Shown here one piece after another: positions 32,888 to 43,425 of a DNA stretch of 64,000 bases. This stretch comes from Nitrososphaerales archaeon (GTDB lineage Archaea; Thermoproteota; Nitrososphaeria; Nitrososphaerales; UBA213). The DNA lies in NCBI GenBank assembly GCA_965197925.1, contig CBDAOC010000020.1, positions 416,001 to 480,000 of the forward strand, given 5' to 3'. A model generated the notes under the pieces. That model was not told the origin of the DNA. It made no database searches and saw only the letters and a list, made by a program, of their open reading frames with translations. The number at the start of each line of letters is the position of its first letter. Position 1 is the first letter of the stretch. A program made the position numbers and the translations under genes.

Positions 32888-33980
32888 TGAGGCTTGGGCG
32901 TAATTTAGTTCGAAACGATAAGATCAGGTTCCATTTTTCATTGTTGATATGTTTAGCTCAGACTCGATACTCCTTCGTATATTATTTTTGATTGACGTGA
33001 TTCCTTGGTCAAAACCTAATAGGAAAAGGGTAGACCATTCTACTATTCTCCTACAGTAATGGTGAGATGCTTCATCGTTAGAGTATGGATAAGAATACCA
33101 AGCAACAATGCTTTGCATGAATACTTTTCGATAGACATGCCATACAACAGGAAGGTAATGAAGGCATGTGGTCTTGATAGGTTTCCAGATAAAAGAACAT
33201 TCGACAGAAGGTCAAGGCCATATCAATTGACATAAGATCAAGGATAGGTGCTATGGGTATGCTCTTCATAAAAGATGGGTTGGTAGACCCAGCCATAGTA
33301 TCCGTTGACAGTTCCTTGTTGAAGGCAAAGGGACATGTATGGCACAAATCTAGCATGAAGAAGAATGAAGTGCCACGCTCCGGTATAGATACAGATGCTC
33401 GATGGGAATTCAGCAGAACCAAGGGATGGATATTCGGATACAAGATGCATCTAGCATGTAGCACAGGTTCGTTGATAGTTCCATTATCAGCTGATTTCAC
33501 AACAGCTAACATTACTGATAACAAGATGTATGAAAGTATGACATCTTCATTGCCTACAGGAATGGTAAGGTATGTTGTAGGAGATGAAGGATATGATGAT
33601 CACAAGTTATGTGATTTCAGCAGGTATAGAGGGCATCCAGTATTCCCATTGGAAAGGTACAAGCATACTACAGATAATAGACTGGCATTGCTGCAGTTCT
33701 ATCAATCTGAATATGGACAGCATGTATATTCTCGGAGGAGCATAAGCGTTGAGCCATTGATAGAGCAGATAAAGGATGTATTTACCATAGATCCATTGCC
33801 AGTTAGAGGGTTCGATAAAGCTAGGAGCATCGTTCTGATTTCTATATTGCTATACCAGCTGATGGTATACTACAACTACTTGACAGGAAGACCATTAAGG
33901 GCATTGAAGTATATGTTGGGAAGCTAATCAATCAGAGGCATCAAGTTATTTTTGTTATATGGAATAATGCCCATGCCTCA
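32888..33980 (+). mobile_element. DDE insertion sequence (IS4/IS5-like transposase), 5' part frameshifted; family C
   Basis: Imperfect TIRs TGAGGCTTGGGCGTAATT / TGAGGCATGGGCATTATT; ORF 33253-33927 with VDSS, GYKMH, GDEGYD, YSRR..VEP. Confidence 0.85.
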
Positions 33981-33981
33981 A

Positions 33982-35367
33982 CTAGTTACTGACTTCACAG
34001 CGGAATAGCGCCTCGCCGTTCTGGCAAAAGTCTTCCCCAACATCATTCTCACCGCCATCTAACCTACTCTACCTACACCACCAAACAGGTTATCATCTCC
34101 ATCCTGTCCGTTAAGGGTGTCATCGCCTTCACCACCGCCTAAGTTATCGTTACCATCCCCACCAAATATTTTATCATCTCCATCTCCACCACATAATAGA
34201 TCATTACCACCCAGTCCAATTATGGTATCATTTCCTCCCAGACCGTGAATCACGTCAACCTATCCCGTTCCTACGATAAAGTCATTGCCCGCAGTGCCCA
34301 CAATGGTAGGTTCTAGTAAGTTGCAGTTGAGTGCCCCTGTTGTTTCCCTTAATGATAGATCTCCAGTTAATTTGGTGATGAAGATGTCAAAAATATCATA
34401 ATGGGTTTCATCAAAAGCCCCAGTGGTTGTTGGATAATTGCTTGATCGGGTGTCACCGGTCACGAACACATTGTCTGAGCTATCGAGGGCTATAGTAACA
34501 TCAAATACCTCAAGAAAAATCCCACCATCAGTACTACTCCCACCAATGAATGTGGATGCTAGAAGAGGATCAATAACTAAAGGAAAATGAGGGTCATAAT
34601 CACCCACTGCAAAACCATATGTGTTACCATCTACAAGATACGACGCTTCCACATCTTTCTGCAGCCCATCTATATCTTGAAATGCTACGGGCTTTGTCAT
34701 AGCAAGATCTCCAAGCTTTGTCTCTAGAATGAGTTCACCCTCTTCATCAACATTAAAACCCAGGACTCCATCCAATGAAAGTCTGATATCCTCAACACTC
34801 CCCCCTGGATACACCTTGAAGATCTTCTCTATATTGGCTCCATAAGCCTTTAACTCAACATCAACCGATGGCCAGAGTTCGCCCAAAGAGACAGCATTAT
34901 ACGTTGGTACATTGGAACGCCAGTTTTCCTCATCACCAACAAAATAATTTATTTACTATTGAATCGCTTCTATCCAAACCTGTAGGATGCAAAGCTTCAT
35001 CGGTGAGAAAACTTTCCTTGAGAGCTACACCTTGTATTTGATTTTCTATGTCTTCTTCCTTTGGAGAGCTTTTCATTAATGAGTAAGTTATATCATCTTC
35101 AGTAACAAAGGCAGTACCTACAAAAGTGCTGGCATAATACTTTACATCCTCATGTGTTTGTCCATTATTTTCTATGAATGGTAGATTGACCTTGGCAAGC
35201 ATTTTAGTATCTACTTGAGTATCAGTTGTGGATAGTTCCAGTTTTTTAATATCATTGTTATCAGAACCTTGCATATATGACGATGGCATAGTCACAGCTA
35301 TAATGGAACCTAACACTACCGTCATCATAAAAATTGACAATATAGTTGCTGACCAACGCCCCCACAT
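33982..35367 (-). pseudogene. Secreted surface protein (SBBP/beta-propeller-type N-terminal region + RTX Ca-binding repeats), disrupted
   Basis: Signal peptide, PFIENNGQ, YDP..PLVIDP, one SBBP repeat, GG.G.D nonapeptides; frameshift near 34950, TAG at 34260, frameshift near 34065. Confidence 0.85.
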
Positions 35368-35889
35368 CGTGAATACATATTTCTGATAGGTTATAAGTAA
35401 AGTGTAATGGATAAACCGGTAAATATGGCATAATTGTCTAAACATATTATCTATGTATCAGTATCTTATATTATCAGTAAGAAAAGTTACGTGGCAAAAC
35501 ATTATAGAACAAATTTGTTACATTAACTTTTGGTAATCACACAGACTATATTTGAAGTTCGTGATATTAACAATTAGTTGGCAGGTATTCGGCTACAAAT
35601 TTAGAGCGCACCAAATGCTATCTTTCTCCTCGAAAGAAAATATCTTCCAAACTTTTGATATAATAACGTACTAGATTCTATATAGTTCTATATAGATTCT
35701 ATAGAACATTTTTCCTAAGACCATTACCTTCTATTAACGCCCCATTCATTTATTCGTCTTCATAGATCTCTTTCTTAAGACGTTTTTTTTCATGACATTC
35801 CCTATGTCCCCATCCACTCTCTTTACAAAACTTCAAGATCTTTTTTCCCATGGGGTCATTAGGTTTCACTATGGCATCTCTTAAACTTA

Positions 35890-36933
35890 GAGCTTATCCG
35901 AAAATTAACATCACGGCCTGATTGTTTATACCGAAACAGATCTAGATCTGTTCTCTCTAGCTAAATTTGTGATAAAAGCTAAGAAAAAGAGCATGCCGAC
36001 CATATGGCATATACCAGACGATCTATGGGAAGAGTTCGAACTAGTGCTGCCGCCAAGGAAACCAGCAAGAACAGTTGGAAGGCCAGCTGTGCCATTTAGA
36101 AAAGTGTTGAATGGAATACTGTACGTATTAAGAACTGGATGCCAGCGGAAGAAGGTGCCGAAAGAATTTGGTTCTGGCTCAACTTGCCATGCAAGATTTC
36201 AGGAATGGATTGGGATAGGAGTATTCGAGAAGGTATGGAAGAGGCTGCTGGAAATATATGATGAATTGAAGAGCATGGGATGGGACTGGCAATCCATGGA
36301 TAGCGTACCGAAGGCCCCATTAGGGGGAAAACGACCGGAGCAAACCCAACGGATAGAGACAAGCTAGGTACCAAACGTCACATGCTGGTTGATAGAAGAA
36401 GTATTCCTCTCTCATCTGTAATTACTGGAGCAAACAAGCACGATATGAAATCAGCCTTTCCTACAATAGATAGCATTGTTGTTGATAGGCCCAAAGTTAA
36501 ACAGAACATATGCATGAATAGGATATGATATGATTTCCCTGAGATAGAGTATGGAGTTAGGAAGGGGATATGTGGATCACATTCGTCGTAAGGGTGAAGT
36601 GTTGAAAAAGAATTTGTACAAAGCAAAGAGATGGGTTGTAGAAAGAACCGCATCTTGGCATAACAGGTTCAGAAAGTTATTGGTAAGGTTCGAGAAGAAG
36701 GAAAATTATCAGGCGCTAGTAGAATTTGCTAACTGCCTAATAGTGTATAGAGCGATATATTGGTAGTGTCATAAACACGTTAATGCAACTGTTTCTAGTA
36801 TCTACTATCTACAATACTAATAAAATCAATAGTAAGAAAACTAAACCCGACAGTATGAACTAATATTCTTGCATTCTAAATGATATCATTTCTACCAATC
36901 ATTAACTATCAGCTAGAATTTTAGGATAGGCTC
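35890..36933 (+). mobile_element. IS5-family element (two-ORF type), defective; copy D1
   Basis: TIRs GAGCTTATCCGAAAATT / GAGCCTATCCTAAAATT; TTA target duplication; GGGGGAAAA slippery site; RWVVERT motif; frameshifts. Confidence 0.92.
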
Positions 36934-37029
36934 TTAATTGCATGACTTGCTAGATCAATGATAGATCAAATGAATTTCGTAGAGAACAGTTATATTGAAT
37001 CGAAGTGTCGCAAAAGCTAGATCTTAAGT

Positions 37030-37335
37030 ATGGGAAAAAGAAAAGTTCTCAGCGAATCAGAACTAAAGGAAAAGGTGCTACCCAAGGAGGGAGAGTTATT
37101 GGGTAGGGTTGTAAAATTGCCTGGGGGTGACCACGTAATTGTTAGATGTACAGACGGGAAGGTAAGGGTCTGCAGGATAAGAGGGAAAATGAAAAGGAGG
37201 ATGTGGGTTAGAGAAAATGATGTTGTTCTTGTTGTCCCGTGGGACTTTCAGGATAATAAGGCGGATATTGTTTGGCGATATATCGGTGCCCACGCACAGT
37301 GGCTTGTAAACAACAAGTACATCACGAAGGAATGA
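37030..37335 (+). CDS. eif1a: Translation initiation factor aIF-1A
   Basis: CRIRGKMKRRMWVRENDVVLVVPWDFQ. Confidence 0.96.
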   Translation: MGKRKVLSESELKEKVLPKEGELLGRVVKLPGGDHVIVRCTDGKVRVCRIRGKMKRRMWVRENDVVLVVPWDFQDNKADIVWRYIGAHAQWLVNNKYITKE

Positions 37336-37665
37336 TATCAGTAATTATCTATAGATTATCGTTTTTCATAATCTTGATCCAAATAGTAGATCGCGCGATT
37401 TCATTGTTTTTGGAACTTGTGAACACGGTTTGTGGGCAACGAAATTCTTTTGCGTACATCTAGTAGTTTGGGAGTCTTTAGGGAAGACCTAAATTTCTAT
37501 CCATGGCTTGAGTCCTCTTGCCTTTAGGTGCAAGATGGGTAGTAGTTTTCCGTCGGCATACTTGTTTTTACCTATCTATCATCATGGCAAAACAACGATG
37601 AGTCATCTTGTAAATCCTGTCTTAAAAAATGCTTTTTCCATAACCTATATTGCATAATAAGAAGA

Positions 37666-37767
37666 TGCGGGAGGTGGGATTTGAACCCACGAACCCCTAA
37701 GAGACAGGGTCCTAAGCTTCGCACTCAAAAGAGACCTGCGCCGTTGGCCAGGCTTGGCAACTCCCGC
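37666..37767 (-). tRNA. tRNA-Leu(TAG) with 17-nt intron at position 30/31 (37718-37734)
   Basis: Acceptor GCGGGAG/CTCCCGC-A, long variable arm, TTCAAATC T-loop; removing the intron gives CAGGG-CTTAGGA-CCCTG; BHB motif present. Confidence 0.95.
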
Positions 37768-37924
37768 ATATCAATTGGCAATATGATCATGAATTTATCA
37801 TTATTGATTGTGGGAATGCAATATCGTCAAATAGAATTTTTTGTAGAAAAAACCCTTCATATCTTACTGTCATCGTACTATTGGGTGGGTTAAAATTTAA
37901 TAAAGATGGGGTAAAAAGGAATAG

Positions 37925-38401
37925 ATGAAAATCGTCGAACATGTGATTTCAGTAATATTTTCAGTCTGGGGAACGGAGGAGGGCCTCTTCAAGCATGGTA
38001 AGGAAGGGATGCTTATCTTGACTAAAAAGAGAGTGGCATTTATCTTAAAAACGACGATGAGTTTGATCTGGTGGCAGAATGAAGTAGAAAGACAATTGAA
38101 GGTGTTCAAACAATCAAATAATACAATAAGGGTATCGGAGGAATACACTGCTGAACGTTTGGAAAAGGATTTGGAAATAGAAAGTAATATGAATATTCCG
38201 CTAAATCTTGTTATAAGTGTAGAAGCAAAAAGAAGGGGTTGGGGTTCTGAGCTCAAGTTAAAATTCAGGCAAAATAAACAGGTAAGGGCATACACGTTCG
38301 CTATTGTGAAAGGATGGACTACTTATCCCTTGAAAGATCCAATTGCCTTCCTGAATGTTGACTGGTGTCCATGGGTCAATGCTATTAGAACGAACGTTTA
38401 A
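37925..38401 (+). CDS. Hypothetical protein, possible PH/GRAM-like fold
   Basis: GMLILTKKRVAF and IPL..V.SVE patterns. Confidence 0.65.
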   Translation: MKIVEHVISVIFSVWGTEEGLFKHGKEGMLILTKKRVAFILKTTMSLIWWQNEVERQLKVFKQSNNTIRVSEEYTAERLEKDLEIESNMNIPLNLVISVEAKRRGWGSELKLKFRQNKQVRAYTFAIVKGWTTYPLKDPIAFLNVDWCPWVNAIRTNV

Positions 38402-38436
38402 TACATTTTTAAATCCTATGAAATCTTTGTAAGTTA

Positions 38437-39090
38437 ATGGGAAAAGTCTATTGTGTTGGTGTCGGACCGGGATCTCAAGAATATATTACAGTAAAAGCTG
38501 AAAATGTTATAGAAAAGTCTGATATTATAATTGGGTACAAGCATAGTTTAGACGTTATAAGGAATTTACTTGACGGCAAGGATGTTAGGCAGATATCTTT
38601 AATGACGCAGGAAGGGGTTTATATGGATATTGCTGATAGTTTAGGTGAAAAAACTTGTACGGTGACTTTTACGGGTGATCCTAATTTTTCTGAATCTGAA
38701 GTGGTTGATCGCCTGATAGAGATCTTTGATGATGTGGAAATTATACCAGGAATAAGTTCCATACAGGTGGCTGCTTCGAAATCTAGAATACCTATTGATA
38801 AGAGTGAGTTGATAACATTTCACAAGACAGGTAGTATAGAGAAGGAAAAGGAAGCGCTATTATATGCTTTAAAAAACTACAGAAATGCAATTATCCTCCC
38901 ACGACCTTGGGACTTTATGCCTCAACATGTAGTACAATTTTTGGAAGAAAATAGGGTTGATACCAATAGATTGAATGTTGACATATATGAATTCCTCACG
39001 CTGAGATCTGAGAGAATTAGTAAAGGCTTCTTAGGTAAAATTGAAGATAGAAATTACAGCGACCTCTGTGTGATGGTAATTTACTTGTAA
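38437..39090 (+). CDS. cbiE: Cobalt-precorrin-7/precorrin-6Y C5-methyltransferase
   Basis: VGVGPG, TGDPNFS, IIPGISSIQVAA. Confidence 0.85.
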   Translation: MGKVYCVGVGPGSQEYITVKAENVIEKSDIIIGYKHSLDVIRNLLDGKDVRQISLMTQEGVYMDIADSLGEKTCTVTFTGDPNFSESEVVDRLIEIFDDVEIIPGISSIQVAASKSRIPIDKSELITFHKTGSIEKEKEALLYALKNYRNAIILPRPWDFMPQHVVQFLEENRVDTNRLNVDIYEFLTLRSERISKGFLGKIEDRNYSDLCVMVIYL

Positions 39091-39326
39091 TTTAAGGAAT
39101 TGAATCTGGGGAAGCCAACATGAGAATTTTATGATACATTTTTATGATAATTAGACGCGTCCCACGTTGGTTGAAATCTTTGCCAAGTAAGTAACAGAAA
39201 TACGAATCGAGACGAATGTTAGGGTCTCTAATTATGGGTCTTATATGTGGATTAGTTTCCTTAAAGAGTGAAATTTGGAAACTCTATCTCTGGATCACGA
39301 CAATGAATTTGATGAAAATGCTAATT

Positions 39327-40061
39327 TTATGCTATGCCGGCTTGATTGCTTTGTTCTATAGCCTTTTCTGGATAAGAAAATTGATCCTTTAGGATGTTCT
39401 TTTTCTCCTCCTCTTCATCGAGCTCGCTCATGCTAAATGGCTTTATTCCAAGCATATCTAATAATACCTTTAGAATACTTTGAACGGTTTTTGGTTGAAT
39501 GAAGTTGGGGTTATCTATCTCCCCAAGTATACAAGCTGCATCCAAACCACGCTCCTTTGCTATACCAAGAATGAGGCCATTGAAACCTGTTATTTGGCCT
39601 TCGCCTTCTAGCATTGATATGCCTTTGTTCTTCATTTGTTCTACTAGAGCTTCGCTGTTAACAGCACCTAAGACTTTAGGTTCTGCGCCAGTCTCTTGCC
39701 TTAGCGCCGCCCCAATGGAATAGAGTCGTTTGGCATTCATGCGTTGTGCCATTTGTACGACTTCATAACATATCTCATACAACCTCTTGGGATCTATTGG
39801 ATTGAATTCACCAGAAAAAATTAATAGATTCTCCCTTTCTAGATAATAGAACTTATAACTTGATTGACTATAATCGATCAGACCATTCTTGTAGAAAACA
39901 AATGGAGGCCAGTAGGAATAGATTTCTGCGAATAGTTGTGCGTTCAGCTTCTCTATCATGTACCTAACTCCAATGCCAGCAACATTGCCCATGTCAGGAA
40001 GTGCTGCAAGCATATTAGGTGACTTAAGCTTTGGAAAGCTATGAATTTTTATTCCTAACAT
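39327..40061 (-). CDS. PAC2-family proteasome assembly chaperone
   Basis: LPDMGNVAGI, GQITGFNGLILG, CILGE. Confidence 0.85.
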   Translation of the reverse strand: MLGIKIHSFPKLKSPNMLAALPDMGNVAGIGVRYMIEKLNAQLFAEIYSYWPPFVFYKNGLIDYSQSSYKFYYLERENLLIFSGEFNPIDPKRLYEICYEVVQMAQRMNAKRLYSIGAALRQETGAEPKVLGAVNSEALVEQMKNKGISMLEGEGQITGFNGLILGIAKERGLDAACILGEIDNPNFIQPKTVQSILKVLLDMLGIKPFSMSELDEEEEKKNILKDQFSYPEKAIEQSNQAGIA

Positions 40062-40119
40062 CTAAGGGGGGGAAAGGTAAAACTTCGATAAAAACCCTTA
40101 GCTTTCAACTAGTGCAAGT

Positions 40120-40665
40120 TTAGTCTTGGCTATTGAATGCTTCAATCATGTAGAACTCAACGAATGCGCTAGCGAAAAGAATGGTGGCAACTATAACAAA
40201 CTCGATCATAAAAGTAGTAAGCAATGAGACTATTAGGCGCTGGTTACGGGCAATTGGATTTTTGAATATTCTAATAATTGAATTTGTCAATATTGCACTT
40301 CTTGACATAGCTATTCCATATGAACAGATTTCCATGACGCCGAAAGGAGTTGCGAGCAAAGCTAGGGGGGAGATGTTTGTTAGCTCCGGAGTGGTCTGAA
40401 CGAGGGCGTTGAACATTATTCCTGTGGAGAACGCGGCTGTGACTCCTACCAGAATTCCAAGCGCAGGTACAAACATAAGGATTGCGATTCTAAAATTGTG
40501 CAGGAAAATATCTATAGCATTTATCATTTCTACCATTTCTGAAAATTCGTCCTTTAGTTTCGTTGCTGTGTCGTAGGTCAATTCGGAAGCGGCTCCTACT
40601 AAATAAGCAATAACAAAAACAGCAACTGCGATTGTTACAAAAAGCAGTCTTTTATTCATGGTCAT
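40120..40665 (-). CDS. SpoIIM/DUF95-family membrane protein
   Basis: IFLHN, PFGVME, SAFVE motifs; multiple TM helices. Confidence 0.82.
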   Translation of the reverse strand: MTMNKRLLFVTIAVAVFVIAYLVGAASELTYDTATKLKDEFSEMVEMINAIDIFLHNFRIAILMFVPALGILVGVTAAFSTGIMFNALVQTTPELTNISPLALLATPFGVMEICSYGIAMSRSAILTNSIIRIFKNPIARNQRLIVSLLTTFMIEFVIVATILFASAFVEFYMIEAFNSQD

Positions 40666-40703
40666 ATAAGCAAGTATGAAGAGTTTCTATTTCTATCTTC
40701 AGA

Positions 40704-41903
40704 CTAAAGTAATGTAGTTGTGATAGCATCTTCTTTGAAAACATTCTTAACAATCGATGGTGAAATTGCCAAGGAAAGTTTTTTTGTTCTACCATATCTT
40801 CCATGACTGATCACTGGAGCTGAAATTAGACCAAGAGTATCTAGAGAGCTGATGATCATGCTAGTACGGCGTTGGGTGACAGGTTGTAATCCGAGTTTCT
40901 TACAGAGTTCAAGATATTGTTCAAAGACGTCTCCGGTAGATAATTTTTTAGAAAGCATTACGCTATATACTATAAGTTTTTCGTGTATTGATAAAGAACG
41001 TAAAGCCTCACTCGAAGTATCTTGTTCAATCTTTTGGGCAGCAATTCTAACATGTTTTTCATCTACGAAAAGATCGCCTTGTCGTTCCGCGACATCTCCT
41101 GATACACGTAGTAAATCTACGGCTCTTCTAGCATCACCATGTTCTGAACCTGCCATTGCTGCACAAAGATTTATCGCTGATTCGTTTACTATATTTTCAT
41201 GAAACCCAAATAATGTTCTTTCTTTCAAGATTCCACGCAACTCATCAACTTTGTAAGGAGGAAAGACTATTTCTTCTTCGCTCAAACTACTAAGCACCCT
41301 GGGATCAAGAAAGTCCTTGAAGTTAAGGTCGTTTGATATCCCTATCAAGCTCAAAGATCCTTTGGTTAATCTAGAATTTGATCTGGTCATTTCATATAAT
41401 ATCTTGTCGCCATGTTTTTTCACAAGTTCATCTATTTCATCAAGAATGAATACTGTGTTTATACCTAGATCATCTATGTATGATAATACTTTTGTGAATA
41501 AATCGCCAGACGCGAGCCCTGTTGGAGGAAGTTCCAGACCTATTTGGTTTCCAATTTGTACCAGAGCTGTATACTCTCTACTACTTTTGGTGTTTGTATA
41601 TGCTATTGCTATTTTTAGTTTTACTTTTTTTGCATGGTCTTTTAATCTCTTTAATACATATGAGACTACTGCTGTTTTGCCTGTACCAGGTTTACCATAT
41701 AGGAAAATGTTAGATGCTCTTACACCCTTTAGTAATGGAGAAAGAATTTCACCTACTTCCTTAATCTCTTTAGTTCTAAATAACAAACGGTCTGGAACAT
41801 AATCCGCCGTCAAAACTGTTCTATCCCTTATCAAAGGTTTTCGAGAAACGGCCTTCCTAAATACATCATTTAAAATATCCTCAGTCAACTTTGACACCCA
41901 CAC
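40704..41903 (-). CDS. cdc6: Orc1/Cdc6 replication initiator
   Basis: GKPGTGKT, ILDEID, GDARRAVDLL, C-terminal wHTH with GRYGRT. Confidence 0.96.
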   Translation of the reverse strand: MWVSKLTEDILNDVFRKAVSRKPLIRDRTVLTADYVPDRLLFRTKEIKEVGEILSPLLKGVRASNIFLYGKPGTGKTAVVSYVLKRLKDHAKKVKLKIAIAYTNTKSSREYTALVQIGNQIGLELPPTGLASGDLFTKVLSYIDDLGINTVFILDEIDELVKKHGDKILYEMTRSNSRLTKGSLSLIGISNDLNFKDFLDPRVLSSLSEEEIVFPPYKVDELRGILKERTLFGFHENIVNESAINLCAAMAGSEHGDARRAVDLLRVSGDVAERQGDLFVDEKHVRIAAQKIEQDTSSEALRSLSIHEKLIVYSVMLSKKLSTGDVFEQYLELCKKLGLQPVTQRRTSMIISSLDTLGLISAPVISHGRYGRTKKLSLAISPSIVKNVFKEDAITTTLL

Positions 41904-42249
41904 ACCATACCTTCTTATGCAAAATATTAATCTTAATAATTATTTTTTTTATATACTCTTATCCTAATATCTTTTAACAAATAAAGTCAATTATTATTAT
42001 AATTTCAGTCATTAGTTTATCATGTTATTTGATATTTAAAATCTAAAAGGCGTATAAATGATATTTGCTGATTCCATTAGATCATATGGTGTGTGAGGGT
42101 ATATTTATCTAAGAATTTCTTGTAGAAGAGAATATCACCTGATATACGTGTTAAGGAAGTGTTATCCCAGTGATAGAAAGGATTAGAATGGACTCTATTG
42201 CGGTATTGTAATGTTAACTTGGTTGTTAATTCTGTTAAGTAACTGCCTG

Positions 42250-42270
42250 ACACCTCCATTTCCACTGGAA
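42250..42270 (-). promoter_or_regulatory. ORB element 1 (TTCCAGTGGAAATGGAGGTGT)
   Basis: Matches the archaeal ORB consensus TTCCAGTGGAAA plus G-string. Confidence 0.88.
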
Positions 42271-42292
42271 ATACATTTTACACCTGATTATA

Positions 42293-42312
42293 ACACCTCC
42301 ATTTCCACTGGA
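42293..42312 (-). promoter_or_regulatory. ORB element 2 (TCCAGTGGAAATGGAGGTGT)
   Basis: 20-bp direct repeat of ORB1, 43 bp apart. Confidence 0.88.
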
Positions 42313-42432
42313 TGTTAACTTGTTAACAAGTTCCATATTACCTCATAATGATCAATAAGTTCGATGGATCAAGTTAACACATTCTGGCGTATCTAGCTTA
42401 AGTGTTAACATGTTTAGGATCTGAGAACAACA

Positions 42433-42813
42433 TTGCGCAAGAAGATTAGGATTGAACTAGATGATGGGCAAGGCGGGAAGTACTCCCTGTCCCTAGAGGG
42501 TAATGTAACCCGGGAAAAAATTCTTAATGTTTTTGAGCTTATGCAATTACTAGACATGGAACAAACCTCAAAAGAGACAACACCTAACTCTAACTCAGTA
42601 GGTTCTAAAATCTGGACACTCGTAGACAATAAATTTAACTTTGGAGACTTTAATTCTTCTACATTACTGGAATCCTATGAAGACGAATATAGAGAACCCG
42701 TCAAACTAAGCATAATTTCTACATACCTTTCCAGATTTGCAGATAAGGGTATGCTGACTAGAAGTAAGAGTGGGAAGGAATGGTTATACCGAAAAGTAGT
42801 ACTCAAGCATTAG
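42433..42813 (+). CDS. Origin-adjacent protein with C-terminal winged helix
   Basis: Small N-terminal beta domain; ISTYLSRF..KG.L.R....EW.Y wHTH. Confidence 0.75.
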   Translation: MRKKIRIELDDGQGGKYSLSLEGNVTREKILNVFELMQLLDMEQTSKETTPNSNSVGSKIWTLVDNKFNFGDFNSSTLLESYEDEYREPVKLSIISTYLSRFADKGMLTRSKSGKEWLYRKVVLKH

Positions 42814-43342
42814 TATCTACACCAGCTACTTCAAACAACACATTCTTTCCGTCCTCTGTAATTGCATAGCTATAAGGCTTATCTGCCATGTCTCTACTAA
42901 CATATCCAAGTTCGAAGAGCTTCTTCATCAATCTTGCTGTATGTTCCCTAGACCTACCTATTACATTTTTAATTTGCCTAGAAGTTCTTGGACCTTCAAT
43001 TAAAATTTTGAGCACATACTCTACTAATCCTTTACCCTCCTGTTCTAAATTTCTTCTCATCATCTTTGGCATGTGATTAGAAGTATTACCATCACACTCA
43101 TCACGAATTTCATATGATGACCGTGATGAGCCATAACCAGACGACCGCAACTCTAAAAGATCAAGTTTAATACGAACGTCTGTCATAAAATCTTCATATC
43201 TGCCTAACCTTTCATCTAAACTTGTAAGAGAAAACAATGCTGAGCCCCTATATTTGTAGAATAACATTACGCTTGCCAAGCCTGTGATGTATACTATCAC
43301 AAACATCAATACACTCTCAAGCTCAACTAACATCACAATCAC
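42803..43342 (-). CDS. Membrane-anchored coiled-coil + winged-helix protein
   Basis: N-terminal TM helix, heptad region, TSRQIK..IGRSREHTARLMKKL..GYV.R..KPY.Y.IT..G wHTH. Confidence 0.8.
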   Translation of the reverse strand: MIVMLVELESVLMFVIVYITGLASVMLFYKYRGSALFSLTSLDERLGRYEDFMTDVRIKLDLLELRSSGYGSSRSSYEIRDECDGNTSNHMPKMMRRNLEQEGKGLVEYVLKILIEGPRTSRQIKNVIGRSREHTARLMKKLFELGYVSRDMADKPYSYAITEDGKNVLFEVAGVDTNA

Positions 43343-43425
43343 AAAACCTCTACTAATATATCACCATAGAGGATAATGTTCGTTGATAATTTACTCGTAT
43401 AACGCTTGGTTCTCATAGGAACACC

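Larger units (their letters stand above)
41904..42430. other. Probable chromosomal replication origin (oriC)
   Basis: Intergenic region upstream of cdc6; very AT-rich 41920-42070 (DUE-like); two ORB boxes. Confidence 0.85.

Noticed and set aside
35671..35707. CTATATAG-like microrepeats, and a 15-bp tandem duplication near 51491-51520
   Set aside because: Short AT-rich duplications consistent with slippage; no further support.
37681..37893. 70-aa ORF
   Set aside because: Antisense shadow of tRNA-Leu.
42077..42265. 62-aa ORF in the origin
   Set aside because: Overlaps the ORB and motif arrays; no protein-like features.
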